Of a DNA stretch of 22,744 nucleotides, positions 22,665 through 22,744 are shown piece after piece. Origin of the DNA: Candidatus Woesearchaeota archaeon (GTDB lineage Archaea; Nanobdellota; Nanobdellia; Woesearchaeales; UBA10216). Each line of letters opens with the position of its first letter. The first letter of the stretch is position 1. The stretch lies in the NCBI GenBank assembly GCA_016180085.1, contig JACPBX010000032.1:1-22744 (forward strand), read 5' to 3'. Below the pieces are notes generated by a model. That model did not search any database. It saw only the letters and a list, made by a program, of their open reading frames with translations, and was not told where the DNA came from. A program made the position numbers and the translations under genes.

Positions 22665-22744
22665 GGGTGGATTTAGCCTGCACCTACAGGTTGACTCAAC
22701 TATCACTCCTCTCCGCTACCCCACAAGCGCAGACACTTACGATG
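22665..22744 (-). ncRNA. Probable 3' part of archaeal SRP (7S) RNA, truncated by the window edge
   Basis: The minus strand reads CATCGTAAGTGTCTGCGCTTGTGGGGTAGCGGAGAGGAG...CCACCC, which by recall resembles the segment following helix 8 in archaeal SRP RNAs. Helix 8 itself would lie beyond the edge. No ORF; followed by a hairpin and T-rich tract. Confidence 0.5.

Noticed and set aside
1-22744. CRISPR array, integrase, transposase or reverse transcriptase
   Set aside because: No regularly spaced repeats and no ORF with such motifs was seen, so the mobility of the accessory region rests only on composition and gene content.

Overview
Archaeal DNA, most likely DPANN (Woesearchaeota-like). The evidence is a fused PriS-PriL primase, TFE, RpoD/RpoN, archaeal-type ribosomal proteins including L18e, TTTAAA/TTTATA promoter boxes and GAGGTG Shine-Dalgarno sites. 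The right half is mostly core genome: htpX, tfe, a Toprim protein, the primase, the rps13-rps4-rps11-rpoD-tRNA-Leu(GAG, intron)-rpl18e-rpl13-rps9-rpoN operon, leuS, NAD kinase and probably the 3' end of SRP RNA. The left ~8.4 kb is accessory. (i) A bacterial-type acyl-lipid gene cluster encodes a YnbA-like CDP-alcohol phosphotransferase, a YnbB/CdsA-like cytidylyltransferase, AcpS, an ACP-acyltransferase fusion, a DedA-family protein and two paralogous membrane proteins of unknown family. It faces two tandem permuted NlpC/P60 enzymes across a shared TATA region. (ii) An AT-rich gene encodes an Mrr-like PD-(D/E)XK nuclease with four helical repeats, preceded by an almost fully base-paired ~150-nt leader. 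The non-coding DNA holds several unexplained structures: a family of 23-nt TGACC...GGTCA hairpins (one at the first base of the tRNA intron), a pseudoknot leader before rps13, a back-to-back hairpin array after tfe, and CACTGGA heptamer repeats next to promoters. Two tandem zinc-ribbon microproteins are missing from the ORF track. All homology calls come from motif recognition by eye; no database was searched.
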